A stretch of 64,000 bases of DNA from an uncultured Phycisphaerales bacterium (GCA_963758525.1 CAVWVQ010000003.1:3232001-3296000), one strand, 5' to 3'; shown: positions 10,472-21,831, counted from the stretch's first letter. Translations and numbers: made by a program. Notes: generated by a model not told the origin, from the letters alone.

Positions 10472-11290
10472 CTACACAACCGTTTGTATCGAAAAGCCCG
10501 CCCTCTTGCGCCGTTGTTCGCGCCGTCGGGCGAGCGGTCTGGTAAAGCGCTTGGGATACATGATTCTAGCGATTCTTCGGATTGCGATGTCGAGCAGCGT
10601 GTGGACGACCGAACAAAAGTTCACGAGAGTGAAGGCCTTCGTTGACCCGCTGGTGCGCTCCTGCGGCATGATCGGCACTTCGATGTAGTCTGCTCCCAAG
10701 TCCAGCAGGCGCACGACAAGATCTGCCTGAAAACCAAATCCGTGCGCGTTGGAATGCCATCGCATGACATCGGATCTGTTGCAAATAGGCAGTCCGTTGT
10801 AGTACTTGATGTGGTAACCGCCGATCAGGTTCACGGCGCCGGTGAAAATCTTGGAGATCACCCTGCGCAGCCACCGCCGCACACTTTGATCGACGTGATA
10901 GCACAGAATCATGTCTGCCTCGCCCAGGTGCTTCAGCACGGAGAGAAAAACTTCCTTCGACTCCACGTCGTCTCCACAGACCATACGGTAGTACTCACCG
11001 GTCCCGTGGAACGCCGCCTCGGCGTAATTGTTTCCGACGCCCGCATTCATCTCATTGACCAGCAGTTTGATCTTCTCCTGAGGGTGATCCGCCATGAACC
11101 GCTGGATCAGCTCGACGGAGCGATCGCGCGACGCATCGTCCACAATGACAATATCATAGGTGATCGGCAGTTCGTGGACGGCCGATAGAAGCGTCTCCAG
11201 CGTGCCGAGAATACCGCCTTCCTCGTTATAGCAGGCGATAAAAAAGGTAATGTCGCAGACGTGCGTTGGTTGTAGATCAGCTTGAGTCAC
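10472..11290 (-). CDS. GT2 glycosyltransferase (DPM/polyprenyl-phosphate GT-like)
   Basis: IACYNEE, IVDDASRD, N.GVG, GDD, R..G.TK. Confidence 0.85.
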   Translation of the reverse strand: MTQADLQPTHVCDITFFIACYNEEGGILGTLETLLSAVHELPITYDIVIVDDASRDRSVELIQRFMADHPQEKIKLLVNEMNAGVGNNYAEAAFHGTGEYYRMVCGDDVESKEVFLSVLKHLGEADMILCYHVDQSVRRWLRRVISKIFTGAVNLIGGYHIKYYNGLPICNRSDVMRWHSNAHGFGFQADLVVRLLDLGADYIEVPIMPQERTSGSTKAFTLVNFCSVVHTLLDIAIRRIARIMYPKRFTRPLARRREQRRKRAGFSIQTVV

Positions 11291-11467
11291 TTGTTCCTCG
11301 CTCAGCGAAGTTGACTTCCCCGGCGAACGCGGGTCAAGCGCAGCGCTTAAAATGGCTTGTTCTTGACGTGGGGTATTGCAACTCGGACAATTGCCTGAGG
11401 GCTGTTCTTTTGATCGGCGTCACCAGCATTGACTTCACGCAACGCCACAAAGTGCGCACCCTCTCCT

Positions 11468-12736
11468 ATGCGACACGACAACTTTAAGAGGATCGAGAGT
11501 TGCCGCATTTGCGGCAATGTCAACTTGGTCCCCATCATTGATCTCGGGGTCCAGTCGCAGACCGGCATTTTTCCAAAAACGTCCGCCGTTGAAATCACGC
11601 GGGGGCCGCTGGAGTTGGTGAAATGCCACTCGGAAATCGCCGAGCAGTGTGGCTTGGTGCAGCTGGCCGCTTCCTACGAACCGTCTGAGCTATACGGGGA
11701 CAACTACGGCTACCGATCCGGGCTCAATCAAACAATGGTCAGGCATCTGGAGCAGCTTGTTGCCCGGTTGCGTCAGACGATCAAGCTCGCTGCCGGTGAC
11801 CTTGTCATCGATGTCGGCAGCAACGACGGCACGCTCCTTTCGTTCTATCCACCCGGTCAGGCCACCCTCGTCGGAATTGATCCCACCGGCACGAAATTTC
11901 GCCGTTTTTATCGGAATGACATCCAACTGATCTCCGACTTCTTCTCAGCTGCTGCCGTGCGCGACAAATTTGGCGGTCGCAAAGCGCGCGTGGTGACTTC
12001 CGTGGCAATGTTTTATGACCTTGAACGACCCACCGTCTTTGCGAGCGAGGTCGCCGAGGTACTGGCCGACGACGGTGTTTGGACCTTCGAGCAGAGCTAT
12101 CTGCCGGCGATGCTGGAGACAAACTCCTACGACACGATCTGCCACGAGCACCTCGAGTACTATGCGATGCGGCAGATCAAGTGGATCATCGACCGCGCCG
12201 GTCTCAAAATCATCGACGTCACTCGCAACGACAGCAACGGCGGCAGCTTTGCCGTGACCGCTTCCAAGATCGATTCAAAATATCCGGCGGCCACTAACGC
12301 TGTTGCGCAGATGATCGAGGAGGAGGATATCGCCGGATTGAACTCATTGGACCTTTACGCTCAGTTCCAGGAGAACATTCTCACCCACAAGAACGAGCTC
12401 AAGAAGCTGTTAAAGGCCCTTCGGCAGGAGGGGAAACGGGTTCTCGGCTACGGCGCTTCGACAAAGGGGAACGTCATACTCCAGTATTGCGAGCTGACTG
12501 CGGCCGACGTTCCGTGCATTGCCGACGTCAATCCTGACAAATTCGGCCACGTCACGCCTGGCACGCATATTCCCATCATCTCCGAGGCGGCGGCGCACGC
12601 GATGAATCCCGACTATTTTCTCGTGCTGCCGTGGCATTTTCGCCAGAACTTGATCGCTCGGGAATCAGAATTCCTCAAATCAGGCGGCAGAATGATTTTC
12701 CCGCTTCCCAAAATCGGGATCGTCGAACATGCCTGA
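11468..12736 (+). CDS. NDP-hexose C-methyltransferase-like protein
   Basis: CRICG zinc ribbon, YGYRSG, DVGSNDG, YDTICHEHLEYY, GYGASTKG, LPWHF. Confidence 0.88.
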   Translation: MRHDNFKRIESCRICGNVNLVPIIDLGVQSQTGIFPKTSAVEITRGPLELVKCHSEIAEQCGLVQLAASYEPSELYGDNYGYRSGLNQTMVRHLEQLVARLRQTIKLAAGDLVIDVGSNDGTLLSFYPPGQATLVGIDPTGTKFRRFYRNDIQLISDFFSAAAVRDKFGGRKARVVTSVAMFYDLERPTVFASEVAEVLADDGVWTFEQSYLPAMLETNSYDTICHEHLEYYAMRQIKWIIDRAGLKIIDVTRNDSNGGSFAVTASKIDSKYPAATNAVAQMIEEEDIAGLNSLDLYAQFQENILTHKNELKKLLKALRQEGKRVLGYGASTKGNVILQYCELTAADVPCIADVNPDKFGHVTPGTHIPIISEAAAHAMNPDYFLVLPWHFRQNLIARESEFLKSGGRMIFPLPKIGIVEHA

Positions 12737-13031
12737 TCCAAGGAAGGCGGTGATCATCGGAATCGCTGGCGATCATGGCAGTCCGCTTTGCGATGAAGCG
12801 ATGGTAAGGGTTGTCGCTGTCCGTTATCCCGGTGACTTCGTAATAGTCACCGGACGGCTTGGCCTTCGCTGGCAAGAGCGTGTGATTGAGGATTCATCGA
12901 TCCTGGTAAGCCGGCGCCCGACACTTCTCGGCAACGCCACAAAACTCTGCCATGCAACGGGCTGGTCCGCCTCGGTTGGTCCGGCGGCAATGGTAGACCA
13001 TCGGATGCGGGCGCGTGGAGTCAACCTATGA
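12729..13031 (+). pseudogene. Internally deleted GDP-mannose 4,6-dehydratase (Gmd)-like remnant
   Basis: KAVIIGIAGDHGSPL resembles Gmd KALITGITGQDGSYL; GDFVIVTG and LLGNATKL..TGW resemble the Gmd C-terminus; only 100 aa. Confidence 0.65.
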
Positions 13032-14527
13032 AGCACCACAAGATGCTCATCGCCATCCCGACCTACAACGAACGGGAGAATGGCGAAAAAATGTGTCGGG
13101 AGATTCTGTGCATTTCCCTTCCGGCTGACCTGCTCTTCGTTGACGACAACTCTCCGGATGGAACGGGGGAGATTTTCGACCGACTGGCGGCTGAAAACCC
13201 GCTGGTCACCGCGGTACATCGCGCCGGAAAGCTCGGCATCGGATCGGCCCATTTGAGCATCATCGGTTATGCATATGATAACGACTATGAAACCCTCGTA
13301 ACGATGGATTGCGACTTCACTCATTCGCCTTCGGACATTCCGCGTCTCCTCGCGAAGCACGACGGGCACGACCTTACTTTAGGTTCTCGCTATCTTGAGC
13401 CCGGAAGCCTGCCAGGATGGAACGTGATGCGACGATTTCTTACGGCGACCGGTCACTTTCTGACTAGTTCCTTATTAGGGCTGAGATTTGATGCTACCGG
13501 AGCGTTTCGCGTCTATCAGCTGACCACAATTCCGCGGGAAGTCTTCGATCTTGTCCTTGCACCCGGGTATGCGTTTTTCTTCGAAAGCTTGTTTGTCATC
13601 CACGTGAACGGCTTCAAGATCAATGAACTGGCAATCGTTCTTCCGGCCCGCACATACGGGCACTCGAAAATGTCATTGAAGGAGGCCGGACGCAGTGCAC
13701 GACAGGTAATCTCGCTCGCCGTTGCCTCAAAAGTAAACCCGGGACAGTTCCAGTCGACCGGGAGTCCGATCGAACTGGACCTGAAACTGGTGGACCCGCA
13801 GCATTGGGATGCGTATTGGGAACGCAAAAGCCGCAAGAGCAACATCGCCTACGATGTGATCGCCGCCATCTATCGAAAGCTGTTCATCCGTCCGCGACTG
13901 AAGCGCGCGATTACGCGAACATTCCCCACCGGTGCAAGGCTTCTCCACGCCGGATGCGGCGGGGGCCAGGTGGACGCCGAGCTGCAGGCACTGATGCGCA
14001 TTACCGCGCTGGATATCTCCGCCGCGGCGCTGAGACAATACCAGAAGAACAATCCAGCCGTCTTTGCGATCAAGCACGGCGACATCCTTTCGCTGGACTT
14101 GCCTGACCAGTCGTTCGACGGCATCTACAACCTCGGAGTGATGGAACATTTTACCGAGGACACGATCGTTCGGATATTCCGCGAATTCGGGCGAGTATTG
14201 GTTCCCGGCGGGAAGCTTGTGATCTTCTGGCCTCACGTCCACGCTCCCAGCGTATATGTTCTGAACTTCGCGCACTGGATCCTGAACGATGTGCTGAAAA
14301 AAGGAGTCCAGCTGCACCCCGCCGAAGTCTCCCTGCTCCGTTCGCGAGAGCAGGTCGAACGTAATCTGTCGCGCGCCGATTTTCGGATGGATGAATATCG
14401 CATCAGTGCATCAGACCTGTATATTCAGGCAGTGATTATTGCCCAGAAGAATGAGCCGAACCGTCGCGTCGAACTCGCGGCGGAGCCCACGTTGGCCGGG
14501 TCCGGTGCAGTCGAAACCCCTGTTTAA
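13028..14527 (+). CDS. Polyprenol-phosphate sugar synthase (DPM1-like GT2) fused to a class I methyltransferase domain
   Basis: IPTYNEREN, VDDNSPDGT, GKLGIG, MDCDFTH, GSRY, DATGAFR; then LLHAGCGGG, LDIS, GVMEHF. Confidence 0.85.
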   Translation: MKHHKMLIAIPTYNERENGEKMCREILCISLPADLLFVDDNSPDGTGEIFDRLAAENPLVTAVHRAGKLGIGSAHLSIIGYAYDNDYETLVTMDCDFTHSPSDIPRLLAKHDGHDLTLGSRYLEPGSLPGWNVMRRFLTATGHFLTSSLLGLRFDATGAFRVYQLTTIPREVFDLVLAPGYAFFFESLFVIHVNGFKINELAIVLPARTYGHSKMSLKEAGRSARQVISLAVASKVNPGQFQSTGSPIELDLKLVDPQHWDAYWERKSRKSNIAYDVIAAIYRKLFIRPRLKRAITRTFPTGARLLHAGCGGGQVDAELQALMRITALDISAAALRQYQKNNPAVFAIKHGDILSLDLPDQSFDGIYNLGVMEHFTEDTIVRIFREFGRVLVPGGKLVIFWPHVHAPSVYVLNFAHWILNDVLKKGVQLHPAEVSLLRSREQVERNLSRADFRMDEYRISASDLYIQAVIIAQKNEPNRRVELAAEPTLAGSGAVETPV

Positions 14528-14537
14528 ATGAGGATGG

Positions 14538-16103
14538 ATGACGACGGTTTCTCACGATGCCTTGAGCTCGCGCCCCGCCCTGAAGCCCGAATTGTCTTTC
14601 TGGAGCACTTACGGCCTGGCAATCGGCCTTGCCACCCTGTTCTGCGCCGTGAACTCGTATCTCGTATTCCACCATGTCATGTGGCGGGATGAGTGGCATG
14701 TCTGGCAGGTCACGCACGACACCCACTCGCTCGCCGAAATGCTCCACGAAATCAAGGGCGCTGGACGTCCCGCAGGTTGGTATCTCGTCGCATGGGCGGT
14801 CGGCCGCCTCGGCTTTTATCCCGTTGGTCTGAAAGTGACTCATATCGCTATCTCGACGACGTACGTCTTTCTCTTTGCGCAGTATTCGCCGTTCACCCGG
14901 CTGCAAAAGGCGCTCTTCACGTTCAGCTACTTTCCCTTATATGAGTTCGGCACAATTCTCCGCGACTACGACGTCGAGATGATCCTCTTCATCATCGCGT
15001 GCATCCTGTTTGTATCCTCACGACGACGACCATTGGCGCTCGCAATCACGCTCGCGCTGCTGTTTCAGATTTCGTTCTTCGGAATCATGATCGGCTGCGC
15101 GCTTGTCGCCGCGTATTTGTATGAACTCTGGGACACACGCGATGAGAAGTCACAAAGAATTTCCATCGGCGACACGGCCGCCGCTGCCGCGGTCATGTTG
15201 TTCAGTCTCCTCCTCGCGTACATCGTCATGCGCCCAACACATGATGCGTGGGTGAATGGTGTTGTCCCAACGAATGACCCGGTCGAGTCGAAAGTTCTTT
15301 CCACGTTTCCCCTGGTGTACATTGGGTATCTCCCAATCCCCGAAGCGGGCTCTTGGAACTCGAGTATTCTAAATGGGCATGGGGCCATCATGCTTATCGC
15401 TGGCTTCGAGCTTTTGGTGATCGGAGCCGCGCTTTTGCGCGGGCAAACAAGAGCACTTGTCTTTTACTTGCTTGGTACCGCCGTAGTCCTGTTATTTCTG
15501 GCATATCAGGATACGCTCAGAGCGGTTAGATATCCGAGCCATTTCTTCATCGTGTTTCTGCTTAGTCAGTGGCTCCTTTTATCAACGAAATCCAGCACAT
15601 CTATTCCGGCGCCCTCAATCTGGAAGCGGGACCGATTCGCATATTTATTTTTGACGGGCTTACTGATCGCCCAGTGCTATTCTTCAGTCATCGCAATTGC
15701 GACCGAGATGGCCACGCCTCTATCCGGCGCGCTAGAAGCCGCGCAGATCATCCGCTCAACGGCGCCGCCGGATGTGCCGGTCATCGGCGATCCCGATTAC
15801 GCAATGCCCTCGGTTGCGGCATATCTGGGAAGACCGATTTACATCGCTTGGCGGCGGGAGTATTCGACGTATATCCGCACGGATACGAAGCGACGGGTCG
15901 ATCGCATGCCAGCTCCGATGCTGGGTGATCGGGTGCGAGAGTTCGTGCGGCAAAATGGGCGCGACGTTGTTCTTGTGATCAATTATGCGCCGGATGGGAC
16001 ACTGGATCTCGGTGGGGCACGTTTAATTGGTCAGGTGACTCGTGCCCTGACGGATGAAAAATACCTTATAATCCTCGTTCCCTGCACCACCGGGCACTCA
16101 TAG
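14538..16103 (+). CDS. Multi-pass membrane protein, putative GT-C glycosyltransferase
   Basis: TM1 followed by MWRDEW acidic motif, P.WY, ~10 TM segments, RY motif, extracytoplasmic tail. Confidence 0.65.
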   Translation: MTTVSHDALSSRPALKPELSFWSTYGLAIGLATLFCAVNSYLVFHHVMWRDEWHVWQVTHDTHSLAEMLHEIKGAGRPAGWYLVAWAVGRLGFYPVGLKVTHIAISTTYVFLFAQYSPFTRLQKALFTFSYFPLYEFGTILRDYDVEMILFIIACILFVSSRRRPLALAITLALLFQISFFGIMIGCALVAAYLYELWDTRDEKSQRISIGDTAAAAAVMLFSLLLAYIVMRPTHDAWVNGVVPTNDPVESKVLSTFPLVYIGYLPIPEAGSWNSSILNGHGAIMLIAGFELLVIGAALLRGQTRALVFYLLGTAVVLLFLAYQDTLRAVRYPSHFFIVFLLSQWLLLSTKSSTSIPAPSIWKRDRFAYLFLTGLLIAQCYSSVIAIATEMATPLSGALEAAQIIRSTAPPDVPVIGDPDYAMPSVAAYLGRPIYIAWRREYSTYIRTDTKRRVDRMPAPMLGDRVREFVRQNGRDVVLVINYAPDGTLDLGGARLIGQVTRALTDEKYLIILVPCTTGHS

Positions 16104-16161
16104 TTCTGAAGGCGTGCGGCAAATCCCATCCGTCAGCCCTCGTCGGGAGTAGTCCGGAATT

Positions 16162-18102
16162 TTACCCACCGAGGCGAAATAATCTGATCCCGTCCCGCCG
16201 AAACAGTACCTGTTCACGACTATCCAGCAAGTCGATGTTGTGCATGCAGTCAAAGAAATACGGCTTGTACAAGTAAAACACTGGATTGGAGTAGATTACC
16301 CGATTCGCGTCATTGGGCCGACTGTACCAGGAAGTCTGGTCTTGGTCGAAATCTACCGCCGCCACGTAGTCGATGTGCTGTGATTTCAGGTAACGCTTCA
16401 ATCCATCAGGCCCCTCGAAAAAGGGGAGTCCCGGGTATGGTCCGTACGGCAAAAGCATGTCTGCGTTAAAGATCTGATTTCGCCGATAGTCCAGCAGGTT
16501 TGGGTAGTTCAAGATGGTGAAGAGCGACGCGCCCTTCGGAATGGAATATTGCAGGTCGCGGTAATCTGCCTGCTGATACGAAAATATCGCCGCGGATGGC
16601 GCTGGCGTTTTCATGCCCACTACATTCAATTCCCATAGAAATCGCGGATCCCCGAGCCAATAAATATATGCTCCAATCGCCACGAATGCGACGATGTTCG
16701 GCACCAATCGCTTCGCGAAGTATCGTGCCGTCATGGCCGTGACAAGTATCGCTAGGCTCATGCTGAACATGATCGGAAAGGTAAAACGATAGAGATCCTT
16801 TATAAAATTAATCGTCGGTGAATTTCCGGCCACGGTAATGATTGTGGTCGCAAATCCCGCTCCCGCGGCGCACAGTGCCGCACGGCTGCTTCGACAGCGG
16901 CGAAACGGAGGAAAGAGGATCGGCAGCAGGAGTGGCGTTAGGAGCCAGGGGATCGGACCCCAAGACAAAAATTGTCCGACCCATCGCAGATAAGCAACGG
17001 GGCTGGCATCCATCCGGAGCAGAAGATGAAATCCGCGCTCGTTTCCCTTCATCAAAGGCCAAAGAAACGTGCGTGACGAAAGAAACAGCAAAAGGGACCA
17101 GGGAATCAGAAACAAACATGCCTTGAAGGAATCCAGAGCCGCATCCTTCAAACGCTCGAAGGCCGACCGATCAGTCGTCACGGAAATACGCCACAGGATC
17201 AGCGTGCCAAACCCGGCGATCAGGTCATTCACACGCAAGGTGCTGACGGCCGCAACGATGATCACAGTCACCCAGCCAATACGCTTGCGCTGTGCTGGCA
17301 TTCCCTTCTCCAGAGCGAGCGTCCGAAAGAGCGAGAGAAACAACATCACGCCCGTCGCCAGGCTCTGCGAATTCGCGCGAGGGACGGCTGTCATGAATGA
17401 AAGCACGATCAGCAAACCGGCGAAGAGGAGCTGGCGGGTGTTTCGCGGCCGAAGGAATCCGTAAATCAGAGCGCCGATCACTATCGGGCAAATTCCCATC
17501 TCCAGCGCCCACACCATGTCCGTGGAGGACCCCGAGAAGACTTGGGCGCATAGAAAAGCATGGCCGCCAAAAGTCGCCAGCCGCCTCTGACTAAACGGCT
17601 CGATGAGCGTTCCCGTCTGAAGCATGCGAATGGGGAACACCATGTACGCGAGATAGTCGTCGTAGGGGTTTAAGCAATACGGCTGATGAACCGATCCGGT
17701 GTACAGGAAAGCCAACGCAAGAATGCAGGGGCCGATGAATAGGAGCGCCGGGATGAGGCGTCTTCTCGTTTTTACCAGCGTGTGCTTGACGACTTTTGGT
17801 GACGCACGCCAACGCCGGTATCGTGGCAGCCAACGTCGGAAGCGAAGAATCAGTCCCGCAAGTTCACATAGCAGTCCGGTCACCACAAGCGCGATGACAA
17901 CCGGCTGATACGAGATGTGGCAGAGATTCAGCACGCCCCCGATGGCGATCGTGACCGACGCTCCCCAGCCCGCTCGAATTCCCCAGTCCGCTGAGCGCCG
18001 GTCGGTGATGCGGAGGGCGCTTCGCAGCAGCCCGCCCCATCCTGCCCAGGAAACGATGACACACAGACCCCAGAGGTAGTCGCAGACGTAGGTGAGGTCC
18101 AT
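16162..18102 (-). CDS. Multi-pass membrane protein, putative GT-C glycosyltransferase
   Basis: 646 aa, >10 hydrophobic segments, loop motif YDDYLAY, late RF motif, soluble C-terminus. Confidence 0.55.
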   Translation of the reverse strand: MDLTYVCDYLWGLCVIVSWAGWGGLLRSALRITDRRSADWGIRAGWGASVTIAIGGVLNLCHISYQPVVIALVVTGLLCELAGLILRFRRWLPRYRRWRASPKVVKHTLVKTRRRLIPALLFIGPCILALAFLYTGSVHQPYCLNPYDDYLAYMVFPIRMLQTGTLIEPFSQRRLATFGGHAFLCAQVFSGSSTDMVWALEMGICPIVIGALIYGFLRPRNTRQLLFAGLLIVLSFMTAVPRANSQSLATGVMLFLSLFRTLALEKGMPAQRKRIGWVTVIIVAAVSTLRVNDLIAGFGTLILWRISVTTDRSAFERLKDAALDSFKACLFLIPWSLLLFLSSRTFLWPLMKGNERGFHLLLRMDASPVAYLRWVGQFLSWGPIPWLLTPLLLPILFPPFRRCRSSRAALCAAGAGFATTIITVAGNSPTINFIKDLYRFTFPIMFSMSLAILVTAMTARYFAKRLVPNIVAFVAIGAYIYWLGDPRFLWELNVVGMKTPAPSAAIFSYQQADYRDLQYSIPKGASLFTILNYPNLLDYRRNQIFNADMLLPYGPYPGLPFFEGPDGLKRYLKSQHIDYVAAVDFDQDQTSWYSRPNDANRVIYSNPVFYLYKPYFFDCMHNIDLLDSREQVLFRRDGIRLFRLGG

Positions 18103-18249
18103 AAGCGGGTGGTGCCGGATCAGTCGCGCGCGGCCCGTTCGTATCCGTTCCGGACGTTGGCGCGGAGTAAAGGATTGGGCGGCCGATTCTGCTGAGTGGA
18201 TTCTATCAGCGCCAGCCTCCTCACAATAGGGCGGCGTTCAAACTCGTTC

Positions 18250-19335
18250 ATGTCGCAACAGCTTCTGTCACGCCTTCCGAAGTTCGATTACCATGCCGCA
18301 CCGTCCATGGAAGAAAGACCCTGCCCGATTTGCAAAATGACGGATCGCTCGCAGCTGGTCGCCGAGTCGACGGTCGACCGTGACCGGCTCGGGCAGTTTG
18401 CCTTCGCTTCGCGGAAGGTGCCGGAGTACATGCACCATCGACTGCTGCTGTGCGACCGCTGCGACCTGCTCTATTGCAGCCCTATCCCGAGCTCGAACAC
18501 ACTGGCACACGAATATGAGGCCGCCGCTTTCGACAGCGGGCCGGAAGCACGCTACGCCGCTGATACTTACGGCAAATTGCTGCCGTGGATCCGGAAGAAT
18601 CTTCCGGATAGTGACGGCGCGCTCGACATCGGCACGGGGGACGGGGCATTTCTGCAATCGCTGCTCTCCGCGGGATTCACGGGCGTCGTCGGAGTCGAGC
18701 CGTCGTCGGCTCCCATTGCGGCCGCCGATCCGTCGGTTCGGTCGTTGATCCAGCATGGGATGTTTCAGTCAGGCGCGTTTGCGGAGGGTCAGTTCAGCAT
18801 CGCCTGTTGCTTTCAAACGCTGGAGCACGTCACCGATCCGTTGGCAATCTGTGCCGAGGTATGCCGCGTCCTCAAGCCGGGCGGGGCGATCTTTCTGGTG
18901 GTGCACAACCGTTGCTCACTGTCGGCAAAGGTTCTCGGCCGCAAGTCGCCGATCTTCGATGTGGAGCATTTGCAACTCTTCTCCAAAAGCAGCATGAGGC
19001 GATTGCTCAGCGAAGCCGGGTTCGTCCGCCTGCGGGTGCGGGCCTTAGTCAACCGCTATCCGCTCCGTTATTGGACCCGGCTTTTTCCGTTGCCCTCGGG
19101 GGCGAAGGCGTCGGCGATTCGTTTCCTCGATGCGATCAAGCTCGGCCGGGTTCCAGTCGCGATTCCGGCGGGGAATATTGTCGCCATCGGCTTCAAACCA
19201 ATTGATGCCATGGGCGTGCGGGAATCTTCGGGCAAGAAGGAGCAAACTGCGTTTGCTCTGCCGCATTCGCAGGCTGGAAGCCCGCACCACAATGTGCTGC
19301 GCGGACATTCGCGCACGCCCGATGCCATCGCTTAG
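18250..19335 (+). CDS. Class I SAM methyltransferase with zinc ribbon; C-terminus extended by a MITE-like insertion
   Basis: CPIC..CDRCDL, ALDIGTGDG, GVEPS, FQTLEH, LKPGG. Confidence 0.88.
   Translation: MSQQLLSRLPKFDYHAAPSMEERPCPICKMTDRSQLVAESTVDRDRLGQFAFASRKVPEYMHHRLLLCDRCDLLYCSPIPSSNTLAHEYEAAAFDSGPEARYAADTYGKLLPWIRKNLPDSDGALDIGTGDGAFLQSLLSAGFTGVVGVEPSSAPIAAADPSVRSLIQHGMFQSGAFAEGQFSIACCFQTLEHVTDPLAICAEVCRVLKPGGAIFLVVHNRCSLSAKVLGRKSPIFDVEHLQLFSKSSMRRLLSEAGFVRLRVRALVNRYPLRYWTRLFPLPSGAKASAIRFLDAIKLGRVPVAIPAGNIVAIGFKPIDAMGVRESSGKKEQTAFALPHSQAGSPHHNVLRGHSRTPDAIA
19212..19320 (+). mobile_element. 109-bp MITE-like element, copy 1
   Basis: 14-bp TIRs (GGGCGTGCGGGAAT / ATTCGCGCACGCCC, 13/14 match), flanked by perfect 8-bp direct repeat GATGCCAT (19204-19211, 19321-19328). 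Confidence 0.8.
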
Positions 19336-19370
19336 CGCGGCCCCCGTATCGTCGCTCACTTCGGACCGGT

Positions 19371-21831
19371 ATGATCCTGGCTCGACCCCTTATGAAGATG
19401 CAAGCAATCCCCTGGATCGCCGGTTTTCACAACGTCTTCACGAAATTGCGCCGGCGTTCTCCATTCAGCAGTTTTACGCTCCACTCCGCCATCTTTTTCT
19501 TCGGGCTGACGCTCGCGTTTCTCGCAAGGCTTCTCTTCAACTCCACGCACCTGGTCTGGTCCGAGCAGGGGAACGATCTCCAGACCGCGACAGTTCCCTG
19601 GTGGACGTACGGCTATCAGGAGATGCTTCATGGCAATTTTCCGCTATGGAATCCGCACAATTTCTGCGGGACACCGTTCTTCTCAAATTTCAATCCGGGG
19701 ATGCTCTATCCGCTGCATCTGCTCAACCTGCTGCTGCCGCTGCAGCATGCGCTGAACATTATCTTCGCGATGAATGTCGCGATGAGCGGGTGGTTCACGT
19801 CGCTTTGGTGCAGACATCGGGGTGTTAGCGCGCTGGGCTCCATTATGGCCGGCGTTGTCTATATGTTTTCAGGGGCTTATTTCGCTCACAGTTACCCGGG
19901 GCATGAAGGGCCGATGGCGGCAATGACGCTGGCGCCGCTGATCTTCCTGTGTGTTGATGGAATCTTTGAATCCGAGGCCGCCGGATGGGTTCTTCTTGGA
20001 GCGCTCGCCGTTGGATTGCAGTGCCTAGCCGGTTTTCCGCAGGCGGTCTACTACACCGGGCTGATGTCCGCGTTCTACCTGGCACTGAGGCTGTTTTCCC
20101 ATGAAGAGCGCCTCGTGGTCGTCAAGAGATTTTTTCTGATCTACGCGGGTGGTGCGCTGATCGCCGCGGTCCAGTTGCTGCCGGGGTTGCAGACTTCCGG
20201 CGAATCCGTGCGGCAGGGGGGGAATCATTTTGAGTTCGCGGCAAGCTGCCCGCTCCCCCCGGAGAATCTGATTCAATTGCTCGCGCCGGGGCGCTGGGCG
20301 ACTTTCAACATTCGCCCTATGTGGGCACATGGTACCCCTGGGAAATCTCCGTGTTTTGCGGAGTCTCGACGCTGCTGCTCGCTGTCTGCGGCGCCCTCTT
20401 TGGCGATCCTCGACAGCGGCGTTTTGCCACGACGCTCGCGCTCGTATCGACTGTCCTGGCGCTGGGCGTGTATGTGAAGCCTGTTTTCACCGCGCTCTAT
20501 TACGCGATGCCGTTGTACGCCAGTTTCCGCAATGTCGGCCGGTTCAACTGGTTCATGACGCTGTACATCGCGATGCTCGCGGGCATCGGCTTCGACGTGT
20601 TAGTCCGCATGAGTCCCTGGAGGCGTTGGCCGACGGTAGTGGCAATCGCCAGCGCGGCGTGCCTGGGGCTCATTGCCCTTCTTCTGATGAATTCGGCCAA
20701 CGCGGGGGCAGCGGGCGCGTGGGGCCACTTCGTCGAGTGGCTCAGCGAAAGGAAAGGACAGGTCTTCAACCAGCCCGGAGTCGATGGCGCGGCCGCGACT
20801 CGCACCGGTTTGTTTGCAGCATCTCAATTCGCGTACAGCGCGGTGACGATGCTCTGCATGGCCGGGGCGCTGCTTTCGCTCCGCTGGTCTGCAACATTTC
20901 GGTATCTCCTGGCCGCGGTCACGATTGCCGAGCTGACGATCTTCGCCAACGGCCTCTTCGCCATGACTCAAATGCTTCAGCCGTACCCGACCAACTGGAC
21001 GACCGCCACCGAGGAGATGTCAAGAGACAGCCGCGTCCTCCATCCCACGCTGGAGTACCCCAACACAGCGATGATCTACGGCTTCGACGATGTGTATGGC
21101 TACGATCCGGTAAGCCTGAAGCGATTCTCCGATTTCTGCGCCGCCACGCAGGATCAAAATCCCGATCAGACCAATTTTGTAACGCAGATCGAGCGTCTTA
21201 CCTATCCGAAGCTATTTCAGTTGCTTCGCTGTGAGCTGGTTCTTTTCACGCGTCTGGAAACCGACGCGATCGGCAGCCGGATGCGCACTCCGTATGTCCT
21301 TCGTATCGACAGCCCGCTGCCGCGCCTTCTTCTGGTTCCTCGGTATGTCGTTGAACCCTCGCGCGACAAGCTCTTCGATCGGCTGCGCAGAAAGACTTTG
21401 ATCCGCGTTCAACCGTTCTGCTCGAATCCCCGCCAGAACTGGTCCCAGATTCGCCAGACCGCAAGAGCGCGCCTGGCTTCGCGTCGGTCCTCCGCTCATC
21501 GACCGACTGGCTGGAAATCGAGGCCGATCTTCCCGAGCCCGCGATCCTGATGGTGACCGATTCGTACAGCAAATACTGGCATGCGACGCCGATCGAACCT
21601 GGCCCGCAGACCAGCTACGCGGTAATGCCAGCCGACTATACGCTGCGCGCCATTCCCCTGGCTGCCGGGCGGCACCACATCATGCTTGAGTACGCTCCGA
21701 TCGGCTATAAGATCGGCAAGTGGATTTCGATCGTATCCACACTGGCGTGGGGATTTCTGTTGATTCTTTATTGGACAAGGCAGGAGACGAAGACCGAAGC
21801 GCCAGCGGAGGCCGCTCTGTCCACCGTATAG
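19371..21831 (+). CDS. YfhO-family membrane protein (GT-C-like), two frameshifts (~20300, ~21390)
   Basis: PLWNPH..GTPF..N..GMLYP at the N-terminus; VTDSY..YWHA..ADYTLRAIPLAAGRHHIMLEYAP at the C-terminus; split over three ORFs. Confidence 0.75.
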
